Notes: generated by a model not told the origin, from the sequence alone. A stretch of DNA of 64,000 nucleotides from Hormiphora californensis (GCA_020137815.1 CM035351.1:8308001-8372000), one strand, 5' to 3'; positions 1 through 27,809 are shown, numbered from the stretch's first letter. Made by a program: numbers and translations.

Positions 1-1082
1 TAATAACATTTCACTTGATATTGTTTCAAGTTGAGTTGAAATTCATACTAAAAAGATTCGTTTTTCTTTTTTGATATCTGGAAATTCCATGGAGCCAAGT
101 TCACGGTAAAAGGGACGCTGCCTCCATACCAGCATGGTATATGTGCACTCCGGGAGCTGAACTGGCGGGGATCTGGATCGGGAACTGTTCCGGTTATGTC
201 TGTCAGTTCCGGTTCGGCATTTGTTTACATCGCACGACGCGCGCACCATATATCCCATGTGGCGCGACACGCGCGCGGCTGCTGAAACGTTGTGCAACAT
301 CTCTTTGTACATCACACAGTTGCCGCGCCCTACAACACAGCCAAGTGTGAAGCATATGTCCACAACTCGTTTGCCTGCTCCTCCTACTCCATGAAATGTG
401 ACGTTGAGACGCTGCAACCGATCTCTCAATCGCATTCACTCTCTGAACAGGAAAAGAAATAGGCTTTTCTGAACATAAATAGCATAACTGTAGCATTTAC
501 AACAATTGCAACAAATTCTTCAATATATCCCTCTCCACAATACTTTATCGAATATTATTCCCTCCTCCACAGATCCTGGCCAAGATAATTACACACTGCA
601 GCACAGCTCACTTACACGATAAAACACAATGAAATAACACAGTCAATGTACAGTATACTTTTTTAGTTCACACATAGTGAGTGCTCTGTGAGACAGAGCA
701 ACATGTTACAATCCTCATTTCTCATCCGAATAGTTCCTTCAACTTCGCTAACTGCTCCATGTGGGCATCCTTCAACTTCTTTTCACTTATATCAAGACTC
801 AACATCTGAAAAAAGGCACAGATTAGCCGTTCAGTTACAGGCTAGCACATTTTATTTGCCAAATGCTCTCACTTACACACAAACTACAGACAGGATAAGT
901 GAACACCCCCCCACCCCCCATTTACCTTTCCCACAAAGAAATCTTCCTCTAGAAGTTCATTTGGTAGCTTGTACTTCAAATATTTGATTGCTTTGTCAAA
1001 ACTGAAATTGCAAAGTTAATAATAGGAACTTTTAGAGTGGCTCCCTATAAAGTCAGTGTAGAGTAAAATTAATAGACTCTCA

Positions 1083-3125
1083 CCTTTCACAGCTGTCCCT
1101 GACTTCTTTATCATTAAAGGCAAGCAACAGGACCGTAACACCAACTTTTATTAAAACTTTAACACCTGGGAGATTGGGGTAGTTAGTGGTAGCAGCGTTC
1201 AAAAGATCACGAAAACTGAGTAAAACTGCTGTATGCTGCTGCTGCAGTACTGAGTAGTGTGTGTGTATGTGTGTGTAGAGACACAGCTTCTATTGTATTA
1301 CACTAGGGGAGACCATTAAATCACGTGACAAAACATTCCCTTTGTTTGCAGATCTACAGACAAAACTAATAGCACGGTGTGTCTATCTAATCTCTGTTAT
1401 TTCGGTTACCTCCCACTTCTTTAATTGGGGTGCGACGTGCGTATGACAAGCACCCCCCCCACTTTTCAAATGTTTCTCCTTCTTCCAATATTTTACACAC
1501 TTCTGAGTGTGTTGTAGTACCCTGGCAAGTGCAAACACCAAGTCCCAAACCTCATTACGCGCCCGTGTTTCCGGGTTAAAAAGGGTCAAAACAGAAGGGA
1601 GAGAGAGGGAGACAGACAGAGACAGAGAGGGACAGAGAGATGTGAGATACACATTACACACACACAACATCAATATGGCAGACAACTTCTACAACTCTAA
1701 ATACACCTACATGACAGCTCTGTATCACAACCTACCTTCACATAGGAACATGTCCCAAACCCTGAGCACAGTTTCCCAGGGCAGGGTCCGTGTATAAACA
1801 CACATGAACCACTCCACAGAGTAAAATGTCGATTGTAATCCCATCTCCTCCTGGTGGGGGGTTGAATTCGTGGAACTATAACAAGTATAGAAAATATTGC
1901 CTAGCTAGTAGCTAGACTCTGTTTCGCATTACAAATGTAAAGGAGTAGAGGGTTAGAACATAACAAAGAAAATAGGGAGATGTTGAAATACGTGGTACAA
2001 GAATCAAGATAGAAGATTATTCCAAAAAAGTGACTCAATGTGTCACATACCAGGAATGTTGTTATATCAGGATTTATACTCTGTACAATTGACTCCATAA
2101 CTTTACCATCCAGCTGTATAGCTAGCAGTCCATCGCTGTAGTAACCAGGCAGGTACTTATCCAGTATTGAGACAAGGCACCAGAAGGCTTGTTCTGCTGG
2201 CATCAACATCAATAGTATACCCGCTATCGAACTCATACCCTGGGGGAGATGTGCGTGAGAAGTGTGTCTGTAGTTGAACTGCCTATAAAACAATGCTAGA
2301 CAATGTTAGTTAATGTTACACAGTGCTAAACAATGTTAGATAATTAATAACATTCTCAATATTGCCTAGTACCTGGCAGTAGCCCACTTTGGTATTGTAA
2401 ACAGAGTAAGCACATAGCACTCTCTGCATCTCTATCTGACCCATTCCACCCTCCTCTGCGAAGAGCTCGTGCATCTTGTAGGTCCTGTGCAGATCCTTCT
2501 CTATCGTCTCATTCCAGCTGGAGCTTTGGCTGGCTAACTCCTGGAATGTAATTAATTAACTAACTAATTAATTAATTAACTACAGGTTGGATATGATAGA
2601 AAGCATTCCAATCTAATACCTCGAATCTGCCCATGTTTTGCTGCTGAAGATTGGCCCCTCCACAAAGAGCCCTCCAGGCAGCAGCCCTCAGTGAGTGGGG
2701 AATCCCCTTCCTACAGCGGGCCTTAACTCGCCGGTAACTGCAAAAATAACACGAGGTGTTAGTGTTAGCAACAGAGAAGAGAGGTGTTAGTATAAGATGC
2801 AGTGTGATCAGAGTGAGAGAGATGCTTCATATTAGAGAATAACAAACCTACATTACGTTTTCGTCTTCGAGAAGGTGGGTGGAAATATAATTTGGGGGAG
2901 ACACTACAGTCAACAGTAACACATTTTACTTACTCATTAGACATGACGTTGTCCCAACTTCGAAGCATTTCAAACCATTTCTGTTCCCGTTCTCGGGATA
3001 GTGTCACACTGGGGTTCTTCGAGGAACTCGGTCCCTGTGGGGATACTAAAACCGTATCTGTTTATTGTTTTTGGGTTAAACTCGTTACAGGTTCGTCTCT
3101 TTCGATCCTCCGCTGCTTCAAGCAT
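1083..3125 (-). CDS. TBC1D10: TBC-domain Rab GTPase-activating protein, TBC1D10/EPI64-like; multi-exon, 3' end not resolved
   Basis: Spliced exons at about 3125-2934, 2737-2620, 2541-2373, 2240-2052, 1851-1736 and 1165-1084 give NRYGF...[12 protein letters not shown] / [15 protein letters not shown] / IEKDLHRT / [12 protein letters not shown] / AEQAFWCL / [23 protein letters not shown], including the IxxDxxR and YxQ catalytic fingers. Exon 1 has a frameshift in a T run near 3048. Confidence 0.85.
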
Positions 3126-5350
3126 GGCTATAATATGTGTTACACAGTGATCTTTTAGCATGTAGAAAAGAGTGAGAATATGTTTTAGCTTAGTATAGAC
3201 TTTTAAAGTAGAATATTACTGTAGCCAGCACATTTTAAAACAATGAAAAGAAATATAATAATTAATTTAGTCTTCAATCTAGTTAACAGCATAGTTGTAC
3301 AGCTTTATTGCTATCTGATCTCTAATCTCGGAGCGGGCCCAAGTTCGGTTTTCTAGTTAACAGATTGTTCTACGGTAGAGCCAAGTTTCGACAGCAAGTT
3401 AAAACTGTAAAGTAAAACCTTAACTTAAAAGGTCCTCACTTTGGTTTCGACTCAAAACGTTTTAGTAATTTCCGTTTCCCAAATCCCACGGCCAATGGGC
3501 ATAGCTCCACCCCCAGCCCCTAATGATACAGATTTGAAATTTTGAGGTTTGAAAGATGATAAAGTCGGATTTTTTGAAGTTGTCACCTCCCCCTTTCACG
3601 CACGGCGTTGTATTCGCGCGTGACAGCCCCCACTTGCTCTTACTTTTGGGGCAAAAGCCACATGTCAACGGGAAGAGCATATTTTTTTCCGTTAAGTTTT
3701 TGTTTGACAAAATTGGTCAAGAAACAAAGTCTCTATATCATGAAGGGGGCCTTTTTAGTTTGGGTTTTACTTCAGGACCAAAAAAGAAAAATAGGTTAAA
3801 AAAATGTTAAAGTGCGTTTCAAACGACTTGACCTGATTCCTGGAAATTCAGGATTTCCCCTTTGTAAATACACGCGCAATGCGCCAAATTCCAAGAATTA
3901 CGGGTCAAGTCGCTTGAAACGGACTTTAAAAAAGGTGTCATGTGATGAAAGTTTTCATTTGCATTTGCAATAATAACTTTTTGCGGTGCTGTTTGTGGAA
4001 ATAAACGTAAGGCGTGAATATTTATTGAATATTCGCGCCGCAAATTAAGCCGCGCGGTATAATTTGCAATTGCAATGTAAACATTTGGTGTTTGCGGTTT
4101 TTTGTGTGTTTATTTTTCGGTTTTTCCCTTTTTTTTATCTCGACCACTTTTTCCCGAAGTTTTTCCTTGTTATTCTTTGTTTTTTGGCTTTAAAGGAACA
4201 CTGAGCTATATTTTCTGAATGCCCCATCATACTCTGTTATTTAAATTGTATATGCATGGAATCAATACCAGATGAGGAACAAGAGGGCTTCCTACCGGCA
4301 CGAAACACCACTCGCTATCTCTTCAAGCTGCTATCGACCGTTCATGAAACACGCAGAAGAAAGCTGACAGCCTTTCTGTTGTGTATAGATTTCCAAAAAG
4401 CTTTTGACTCAGTTCCCCATGAATGTTTGATTGTGAAGCTCCAATGGAGCTGCTCCATAAACTTGGAATCAATGGAATGCTGTTGAACCTTATCGACAAC
4501 ATGCTTTCACAAAGAAGTGTTCGTTTGAAGATCAATGGAGTTCTTGGCCCACTCCGTAGGTGTGGAAGAGTAGGCCTTCCCCAGGGGGCAGTCCTCTCTC
4601 CAATCCTATTCATTCTCTACATCTCTGACTTACTCTGCACCAAAAATCTGCCGGAGGAGGTGAGATGTAGGACTGAAGCATTCAAGTTCGCCGACGACGG
4701 ATCTGTATTGGTTTTTGGAGACCAGACTCAATGCGAGAGAACTATGGCAATAGTTTTGGACTACATTCACAACTGGTGTCGGAAGTGGAGACTAGCGGTG
4801 AACTGTGATAGAAATAAAACAGAGATTGTCATCATCAGACCAAGGGGTTCATCAGATGATAGTGCATCACCTCAGCAACTGAAGATTGGAAATAAAGTTG
4901 TCTCTTTTGCCAAGAATAGTAAAGTCCTTGGGGTTTACATTGACTAGAGTACCCGTTTGCTGGGAACCCGTGACCTGGTAAATGGTAATTTACCCTCATA
5001 TAACCGGTGACATTTGTGTTTGATTTTTAAAAGATAATTTGTTTGTTCCTGAGTCTCATAGTAGGAGCGGTTAGATCAGCACGTGCAGAAAGTCGCGCGA
5101 CGCGCGCCACCCTAATAGTAATCTCAGGTTACTCTCACGGCTTCATTTCGCATCCAATCCAAAAGTGACCTTCATAAAACCTGTAGATCTCCTCAAGGAG
5201 AAGCGAAAACTTGAGGGACATTTCTTGATTGGATGCGACCTCGAGGAGCTATGACAATGCGCAAAAAGGGGTGGCACGCGACTTTAACCACGTGGTGATA
5301 TAAGGCCAGCGTTAAAATCTGGGTGTTTGGTGAGTGCTGACAAACGGTTT

Positions 5351-5410
5351 TTTAGGGTTAGGGCTAAAGTAGGGTTAGGGTTAGGGCTGGGGTTTGGGTT
5401 GGGGTTAGGC
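5351..5410 (+). repeat. Degenerate TTAGGG telomere-like tract inside the Helitron
   Basis: ttagggttagggctaaagtagggttagggttagggctggggtttgggttggggttagg. Confidence 0.7.
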
Positions 5411-6156
5411 CTTGACATTTCCTACCAGATAAACTTTGAATTAGCCAAAACGGTTGAGTGGTTTGGCGGTTAGAGCCATTTTAGTGAATCAACTTTTTTG
5501 GCAGCGCGCACCTGTAAACAGGCCACCAAACACCTTGGAATGCGCTGCAGCCCCCTCATGCGCGCACCCCCGCAACGAGGGGACTGGAGGGAATGCCGCG
5601 CGCGCGTTTGGCCTGAGCCCGGCTGGGTCGAAAATAACTTTGCGGTCGAAAAAACGGCGGTGCTTATAACTTTGGCCCCTGAAGTCCGTTTTGCTTGATT
5701 CTTTCACTAGCTGTTAGATCTGACAATTATCTACCTTGCTGTTTTTGAGAGAAGTTAATTGGACTTGAGGAGGCTGAGCAATAGCCGTTCAAAGATTGGT
5801 TGTTTTCAAAAAGTGACGTCACAGGTCCCTGCAGGGACACTTTGTTTCAAATTTGAATTAAAATCTCGAATTTTTTATTTTACCGCACTCGATTTTGCGG
5901 AGTTTGGTTCATATCTCCTGTTCCTGATAAGATAGAGACCTGAAACCGGTTGCATTTAAAAGCTGTTATCTTCCTCTTTCCAACGCTACCAAAACGATTT
6001 CTGTACCTTATCTGGAACCGGAGATATGATTGATTATGTATTCCCCCTAGCGCGGTATTCCCTCCAGGCCCCTTATATTATATTATAAGGGGCCTGCAAC
6101 GTATGCCAACCAAACACCCAGATCGTAACGGCGCCCGTGATATAACCGCTCCTATA

Positions 6157-6304
6157 CTCCATTTTTTTTCAACTGTTCACCCCCCAAAGTCGTGCGCGGA
6201 ATTGTTTTGCGCGTTTATCACATGTTAACGTGTAGCGCGCGCCACCCAAATTCTAATTTTTATTAAATTTCAGTTTTTGGGTGAACAGTTGAAAAAAAAT
6301 GGAC
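6157..6304. mobile_element. MITE nested in the Helitron; sister copy at 39716-39869
   Basis: TIRs ctccattttttttcaactgttcaccc / gggtgaacagttgaaaaaaaatggac; TA on the left flank. Confidence 0.7.
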
Positions 6305-7024
6305 TTTACACATTGGGTTTTTGAAAAAACGGCCATTACAATTTTGGCGAGGCGGGTAAATCATTTATTGTAACGCGCGAATTTTCCCAAAAAAGCACTG
6401 CTTTTTTACGCCGCGCGCGGAACCTAAAATTACGCGCGCAGTGTAAAATTTTAAAATTCATTGAAAATTTCCTCGCGTTTTATGTCGCCAAAAAAAGTCG
6501 ACGAAAAATTCCAAATTCGTGAATTATAAGAACTCCGGTCAGTTCTCATCTTGCCAATCCGTTTTCCGGGAACCCCTGGCCAAAGGACATTAAAATTCAC
6601 ATACCGACCAAGTTTCATATCGATTGGATAAGATTTTGGGTGGCTACGGTGAAAAATATCGTATTTTTGGCATTTTTAACTTTCCCGACGCGATTTACGA
6701 CCCTTAAACATTGAGTTACGGGAAATCGCTATCAAGTAAAATGAAGTTCAAACGATTCTCTTTCCCCACTATTGCGTTAGTTTTTTATTTAGAGCCGTTT
6801 TTAGGGTCTTAGAAGCGTTTGAAAAATGTAAGTCTTTTTGTCGCAATGACGTCACCCCGTGACGTCACTGCTGTAAAGATCGGATCAAAAATCTGAGCCC
6901 GTACTTACACCCGCCTTGGTCCAAAGTACCAGTGTACAAATTTTCAGGGGTCTAGCTCAAAAACTGTAGGAGGAGTAGGGAGAAAACAATTATCGGACTA
7001 ACATTTTGGAAATTATTATATGGA

Positions 7025-7797
7025 CTAGAGTACCCGTTTGCTGGGAACCCGTGACCTGGTAAATGGTAAGTTATCCTCATATAACCGGTGACATTTGTGT
7101 TTAATTTTTAATTTTGGCGAGGCGGGTAAATCATTTACTGTAACGCGCGAATTTTCCTAAAAAAGCGCTGCTTTTTTACGCCGCGCGCGGAACCTAAAAT
7201 TACGCGCGCAGTGTAAAATTTTAAAATTCATTGAAAATTTCCTCGCGTTTTATGTCGCCAAAAAAAAAGTCTACGAAAAATTCCAAATTCGTGAAGTATA
7301 TGAACTCCGGTCAGTTCTCATCTTGCCAATCCGTTTTCCGGGAACCCCTGGCCAAAGGACATTAAAATTCACATAACGACCAAGTTTCATATCGATTGGA
7401 TAAGATTTTGGGTGGCTACGGTGAAAAATATCGTATTTTTGGCATTTTTAACTTTCCCGACGCGATTTACGACCCTTAAACAATGAGTTACGGGAAATCG
7501 CTATCAAGTAAAATGAAGTTCAAACGATTCTCTTTCCCCACTATTGCGTTAGTTTTTTGATTTAGAGCCGTTTTTAGGGTCTTAGAAGCGTTTGAAAAAT
7601 GTAAGTCTTTTTGTCGCAATGACGTCACCCCGTGACGTCACTGTTGTAAAGATCGGATCAAAAATCTGAGCCCGTACTTACACCCGCCTTGGTCCAAAGT
7701 ACCAGTGTACAAATTTTCAGGGGTCTAGCTCAAAAACTGTAGGAGGAGTAGGGAGAAAACAATTATCGGACTAACATTTTGGAAATTATTATATGGA
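7025..7797 (-). mobile_element. Non-autonomous Helitron, internally deleted tandem copy (773 bp)
   Basis: Same termini as 4944-7024 and near-identical sequence, but lacks the equivalent of about 5029-6340. The junction reads CTAG|TC on the minus strand. Confidence 0.85.
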
Positions 7798-8564
7798 TAG
7801 TAACCTAAATTTCATGACTCATGCTGCTGATGTACTGAAAAGATGCTGGTTTAACTGGAACACATTAACCTCAATGACTGGTCGACTGACAGGGATTAAC
7901 AGTTCGGGGCTTTCGCTACTATTCAGAACAGTAATCTTGACAAAGATCCTTTATGCAGCACCAGTTTGGTTAAGACAGCGAACGGACTTCTTCGGAGATC
8001 TTCTTTCCCGAGCACGGCTGAAGATAACAGGGGGACAAGTTCACATAGCCAAACCTCTGTCAGAACTCCTAGCATGCGTGCCTCCTATTGACGTTCTTGT
8101 GGAAACAGTGGTAACCAAATTTGTCCTAAAAGGCCTTGCAGCTAAAGATAATATATCAGCTAAACTACTACAAATTGAAGCGGAACAAAATCATGTGTTC
8201 TTCTGGCAGATTGCTGCTACCAAAAGATATTTGGTTTGGAAGTCGACTCAACTAGACGGTGTCCAGATCCAGGATTCTAACAGAGATTCAATCAGAACTA
8301 TTAACTTGGGAAGTTTAGAGCCAGACACTTTCCTGTACTCAAAAGAGGAAATGAGACAGTACACATGTAGTTTATGGGACTGGTCACTCAAATCATCGAT
8401 TAACCATTTGACTCGAGATGACCCTTTCAGCATACTTCCTATTCACTCTCAAGAAGAACTCGCCAACCTTATCAACTCAGAGGCCACTTTGGATTTCCCC
8501 ATAATTCCAAGAAACATGTCCCGACAGAACTCATCTCAGGTCTTAGACTTTGTACATGGCAGAT

Positions 8565-10827
8565 TGTTGTGGCTTGCGCGTGAGTAATACTGAGAATACT
8601 CCGCAAGCAATCTGTGTGATATATATAACGATCGATTTTGTGATATCGTTGTTCTTTCTTCTACTTTCTCAAACTCCTGTGTATCACTTTGCTCAGTTCC
8701 AGACACACGCATCAGAATGGCGACGAGGATCAATGTGTATTTGTGATCTTTCTCGGACAGTTTATTCAGTATGCAGCAGGTTTTGTTGTGAGCATACTAG
8801 GTGTGTTCAGCCTGTGTGCAGGAGAAGATCGGCGGAGAGGTGTGGTGTTAATGGACTACGTTGTGATCGTGTAGTGCCAGGTGAGAGGAACTGTGTTGTG
8901 TTCTCAGGAGACGATCGGTGGAGAGGTGAGTTGGACCCGGATTCTCTACGTGTATTTGCTGGAATTCGTGACGGTCTGAGATGTGTCTGTCGATGTAAGA
9001 CACGCGGTGTGTGTAACGACTCTCAGTTCGTGGGAGAGTGGCCTCTGGGAGGTATTGGCACCGTTTACCCCCTGTTGTTGTTGTGGAGGGTGATCTCTAG
9101 ACCATGGGTGTTTTTATTCGGGCAACTTCTATGTGAGGAGGAAGGATTGCCGTGTCCCTGTTTGCTACGTTGGATTGCAGAGGGAGTCACAGTTAGCAGT
9201 GTTTGTGTACCGACCAGCTTTGTTGTGGACGTTGGTTCGGTGTTCCTCAGTGATGTGGAGAGCGAGGAACAACCTGAGTTATGTAACCTCCTACGTTGTG
9301 GAGTGGCGGAGAACTCAGTTAGTAATTGTACATGTGGTCCCGGTGTTGTAGTGGGATTCACAAATTGCAGCAGCCCTGTGGATGTTAGAGGGTGTGCTGG
9401 GAGCTCTCAGAAGAGAGGTGAAATGTGTCTAGAGGAACCTTGTGCAGAGAGAGGTTGGAGATCCTGTGTACCTTGTGCGGAGAGAGGTTGGAGATCCTGT
9501 GTACCTTGTGCTGAGGAAGGTTGGAGATCCTGTGTACCTTGTGCTGAGGAAGGTTGGATTGTCCTGGTTACCTTGTGCTGAGAAAGGTTGGATATGTACT
9601 GCAGCCTTCATTGTGTGTGTGGGAAGGACTGTATGTTTAGTGGACATTGTGTTGAGGTAGCACCTTGTGTTATGTGTACCTTGTGTGAACAATATCAAAG
9701 AACTTAGTCACCATACCAATATGGACTTGGAGAGAGATGTGACTAGAGTTGTAGTGCGAGTGAAATTGAGATACTCGAGGATAGTAGATCTCTATGAATG
9801 TAGAATTGAGTTGCGAGAGAGAGAGATCAGAGCGAGAATCTCAGAGATAGAGATGTTTGAAAACAGTAGATCTCTGTGACTGTAGAATTGTGTTACGAGA
9901 GAGAGATCAGAGCGAGAATCTCAGAGATGGAGATGTTTGAGGATATTAGATATCTGAGTTGAGTTTTAGCTCTTCGTTTGTACCCCTTTTTATGATCTTG
10001 TGATATAATAGAGCCTGTGTGTGGTGTCTAGTTATTCAGTGTGTGTGGAGAGAAAGGTGTTAGGTGGTCTGTCAGACAAGTTTTGGCAAGTTGGATCGTG
10101 GCCAGGTCTGGGCAGTGAGAGAGCTAGTTGACTGTCAGTGTTAGGGCAGGTTGTAGCATGCCTAGCCTGTGTGTGTGAGAGAGCGATCTGTCGGGTCTCT
10201 GTCTCTGTGTGAGAGAGCTGTGTGCGCGGTGTGTTTTGTGCACGATGTTTGAGGTGAGCTCTATAGAAAGTTGTAGTTGTTAGCATTTCAGCGTCGTGGT
10301 CTGTTCCCGCCACGCGCGGGCCCTGTGTTAGTTCGTGAGGTCGGAGTTGATTTTGGAGACGGTGTGCGAGAGACGTCATGTTAGTCTGTATTTTGAGGGA
10401 TGTTTGGAGCCTCAGAAGGAGTGAGAAGGGTGTTGTGGCTTGCGCGTGAGTAATACTGAGAATACTCCGCAAGCAATCTGTGTGATATATATATCCAACG
10501 TAGCAAACAGGGACACGGCAATCCTTCCTCCTCACATAGAAGTTGCCCGAATAAAAACACCCATGGTCTAGAGATCACCCTCCACAACAACAACAGGGGG
10601 TAAACGGTGCCAATACCTCCCAGAGGCCACTCTCCCACGAACTGAGAGTCGTTACACACACCGCGTGTCTTACATCGACAGACACATCTCAGACCGTCAC
10701 GAATTCCAGCAAATACACGTAGAGAATCCGGGTCCAACTCACCTCTCCACCGATCGTCTCCTGAGAACACAACACAGTTCCTCTCACCTGGCACTACACG
10801 ATCACAACGTAGTCCATTAACACCACA
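8565..10827 (+). mobile_element. Non-autonomous LTR retrotransposon with an aberrant right end
   Basis: 5-bp TSD CAGAT (8560-8564 and 10828-10832). 5' LTR TG...CA 8565-8714. PBS TGGCGACGAGGAT 8718-8730, complementary to a tRNA-Ser(GCT)-type 3' end. PPT agaaggagtgagaaggg precedes the second LTR start at 10431. No gag/pol motifs. Confidence 0.85.
9437..9590 (+). repeat. 30-bp tandem repeat inside the LTR element (about 5 units)
   Basis: Unit ccttgtgctgaggaaggttggagatcctgtgta-like, repeated. Confidence 0.8.
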
Positions 10828-11428
10828 CAGATCCTTACGTTTTCAAGACTTCAGCTTCAGTTACCTGAGATACGAGCGATCACTTACAGTTCCCAATTGT
10901 CTTGAATGTGGCCAACTCCCAGATTCAACATTCCACAAGTTGTTTGAATGTTCTGCGATAAAAGATGTGGAAGGGCCCCGTGAGGAACTAAGGGTGATAT
11001 CTTCTTATGAAATGAACTTCCATCTTCCACTAATTTTCTCCAAAGACAAGCAGGTAAAATCGAACTTTAGAAAGCTAGTAAGAGCTGTAATAGAACAATC
11101 TTTATTTGGGGATCAACTGCTTGTGTAATGGGTTTATATTCTAATCAATTGTAAATGTATAACTGACCAGCCCGAGACGTACACACTGTGTACGAATCGC
11201 ACTCCACGGAGTGAATTTTTAACTAACTTATTTAATCAATTTACAATATATTTTAATCATTATCTAATCAGTATTTTAATCGACATTTTATATTTTTTTG
11301 TATGATCTGACAGCTGAGAAAGTGTGAAAGAGACCTAGAGAGTTCCATTTTCCTCGCAAATAGGAGGGCAATATTGACAGTGTCAAATTATTGTAAACAG
11401 ATTTAATAATAAAATAATAGAGTAGGGA

Positions 11429-24231
<12,803 letters not shown>

Positions 24232-24630
24232 ATGGACATTTCAGAGAGGTGGTGTCTGTGTGAGAGAGGGGGAGTGATCTGTTAGAGACACACAGGTGTA
24301 AAAACAAGTTAATATATGGGGACTGTTGTTTTTGAAAAGAGGGAAATATTGTTTTGAAAGAAAATACCCCCTTGATTGTTTATTATATTATGTTCACGTA
24401 ATTTTCATCATTTAAAAAGCAGAAATCCTACACAATTTAGTTATTTGTTATTATCTCATTAAAACACTTCCCCTCTTTTTTCAGTTTTACGTTTTGTTTG
24501 TATATAGGCTGAAATTTCAGAGCAAAAGTCCCTTCGTTTCTCTTTGTTCCACATAGGAAAATGGAAAGGTTGATCCTCCTGTGTATCTTGCTAACACCTA
24601 ACATAAATCATGTGACCTCTCTGTTTTAGA

Positions 24631-27008
<2,378 letters not shown>

Positions 27009-27809
27009 TGTGGTATATTGGGTGTATGTTGATTGTTGTATACAATTTGGAGGGAAGAGAGGTTGTTGTATGAAATGTCACATGACAAGGACGACTTTAT
27101 GTAACGCGCGATAACCTCCCCACTACCAAAGTGGACTTGTTTTGGCGCGCTTTCGCTCTCCTAGGTAAAGTTAGAAAGACCGGATCAGCGCAACTTCACT
27201 GTCGCGATGATACACATTTCATGACGACTTCCTCCTTCTACAGTCTACATCGACTGCTAACACTGCAGTTTCATGACACTGCTGATATACTAAAGTCTCT
27301 CCCGTCACTGGTTCAGATAGCAACCTATCATATTTTGCAAGATGCTACTGTTTTTTAGATAGTCGGTTGTATTTTCAATAACTAAATTGACAAAAGACTT
27401 GAGAAGTGTAACTTTTATAGTTTGGTTTTACTACATTATTCACTTGTGAGAAAACACCTTTTTAAGTTTGAAGGTCTATACCCCCTCCCAAATTTCATAT
27501 CCCTCTCTCCAGTGCACTGCAAAAGGTTTTCTCTCCCCCCCCCCCCCCCCCCCCTTTCCCCCCTTTTTTCCAAATTTACCTCCCTTTTCCAAACCCGGAG
27601 AGAAATGGAACGAAGACTTTTTCCATTGCAACGTACTTTTCCAATTATGTTGTCAGTCGACTGTCACGAGGTTCAGTATAGCTGCGATATTAGTCACATG
27701 TTTCAATATAATTCCCACCAATAGCAATATGGGGCGGATTATTTCTCGATTTTCCATCCCCTTTCCCACTCCTTTTTTGCTCACATCCCTCTGCACCATC
27801 AGTCTCAGT

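Larger units (their letters stand above)
4944..7024 (-). mobile_element. Non-autonomous Helitron, long copy (2081 bp)
   Basis: Minus strand reads 5'-TCCATATAATAAT...ACGGGTACTCTAG-3'. The pair is inserted between A4943 and T7798 of the LINE codon GAT with no TSD. Confidence 0.85.
4256..11230 (+). mobile_element. 5'-truncated non-LTR retrotransposon (LINE) RT ORF, interrupted by two nested insertions
   Basis: RT motifs DFQKAFDSV, GLPQGAVLSPILF, KFADD, VLGVYID|SNLNF. Segments 4256-4943, 7798-8564 and 10833-11128 rejoin in frame (one 14-bp frameshift at about 4444) and end in a CCHC knuckle CLECGQLPDSTFHKLFEC. TAAC-like tail near 11220. Confidence 0.9.

Noticed and set aside
3040-3056. Programmed frameshift in TBC1D10 exon 1
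   Set aside because: It is in a homopolymer, and similar indels occur throughout this assembly; sequencing error is more likely.
8550-9581. 343-aa Cys-rich ORF
   Set aside because: Lies in the TG-rich LTR element interior, crosses the LTR and tandem repeats, and has no gag/pol or other domain motifs.
8565-10827. Penelope- or DIRS-type element, given direct plus inverted repeats
   Set aside because: TG...CA ends, tRNA PBS, PPT and a 5-bp TSD fit an integrase-based LTR element better.
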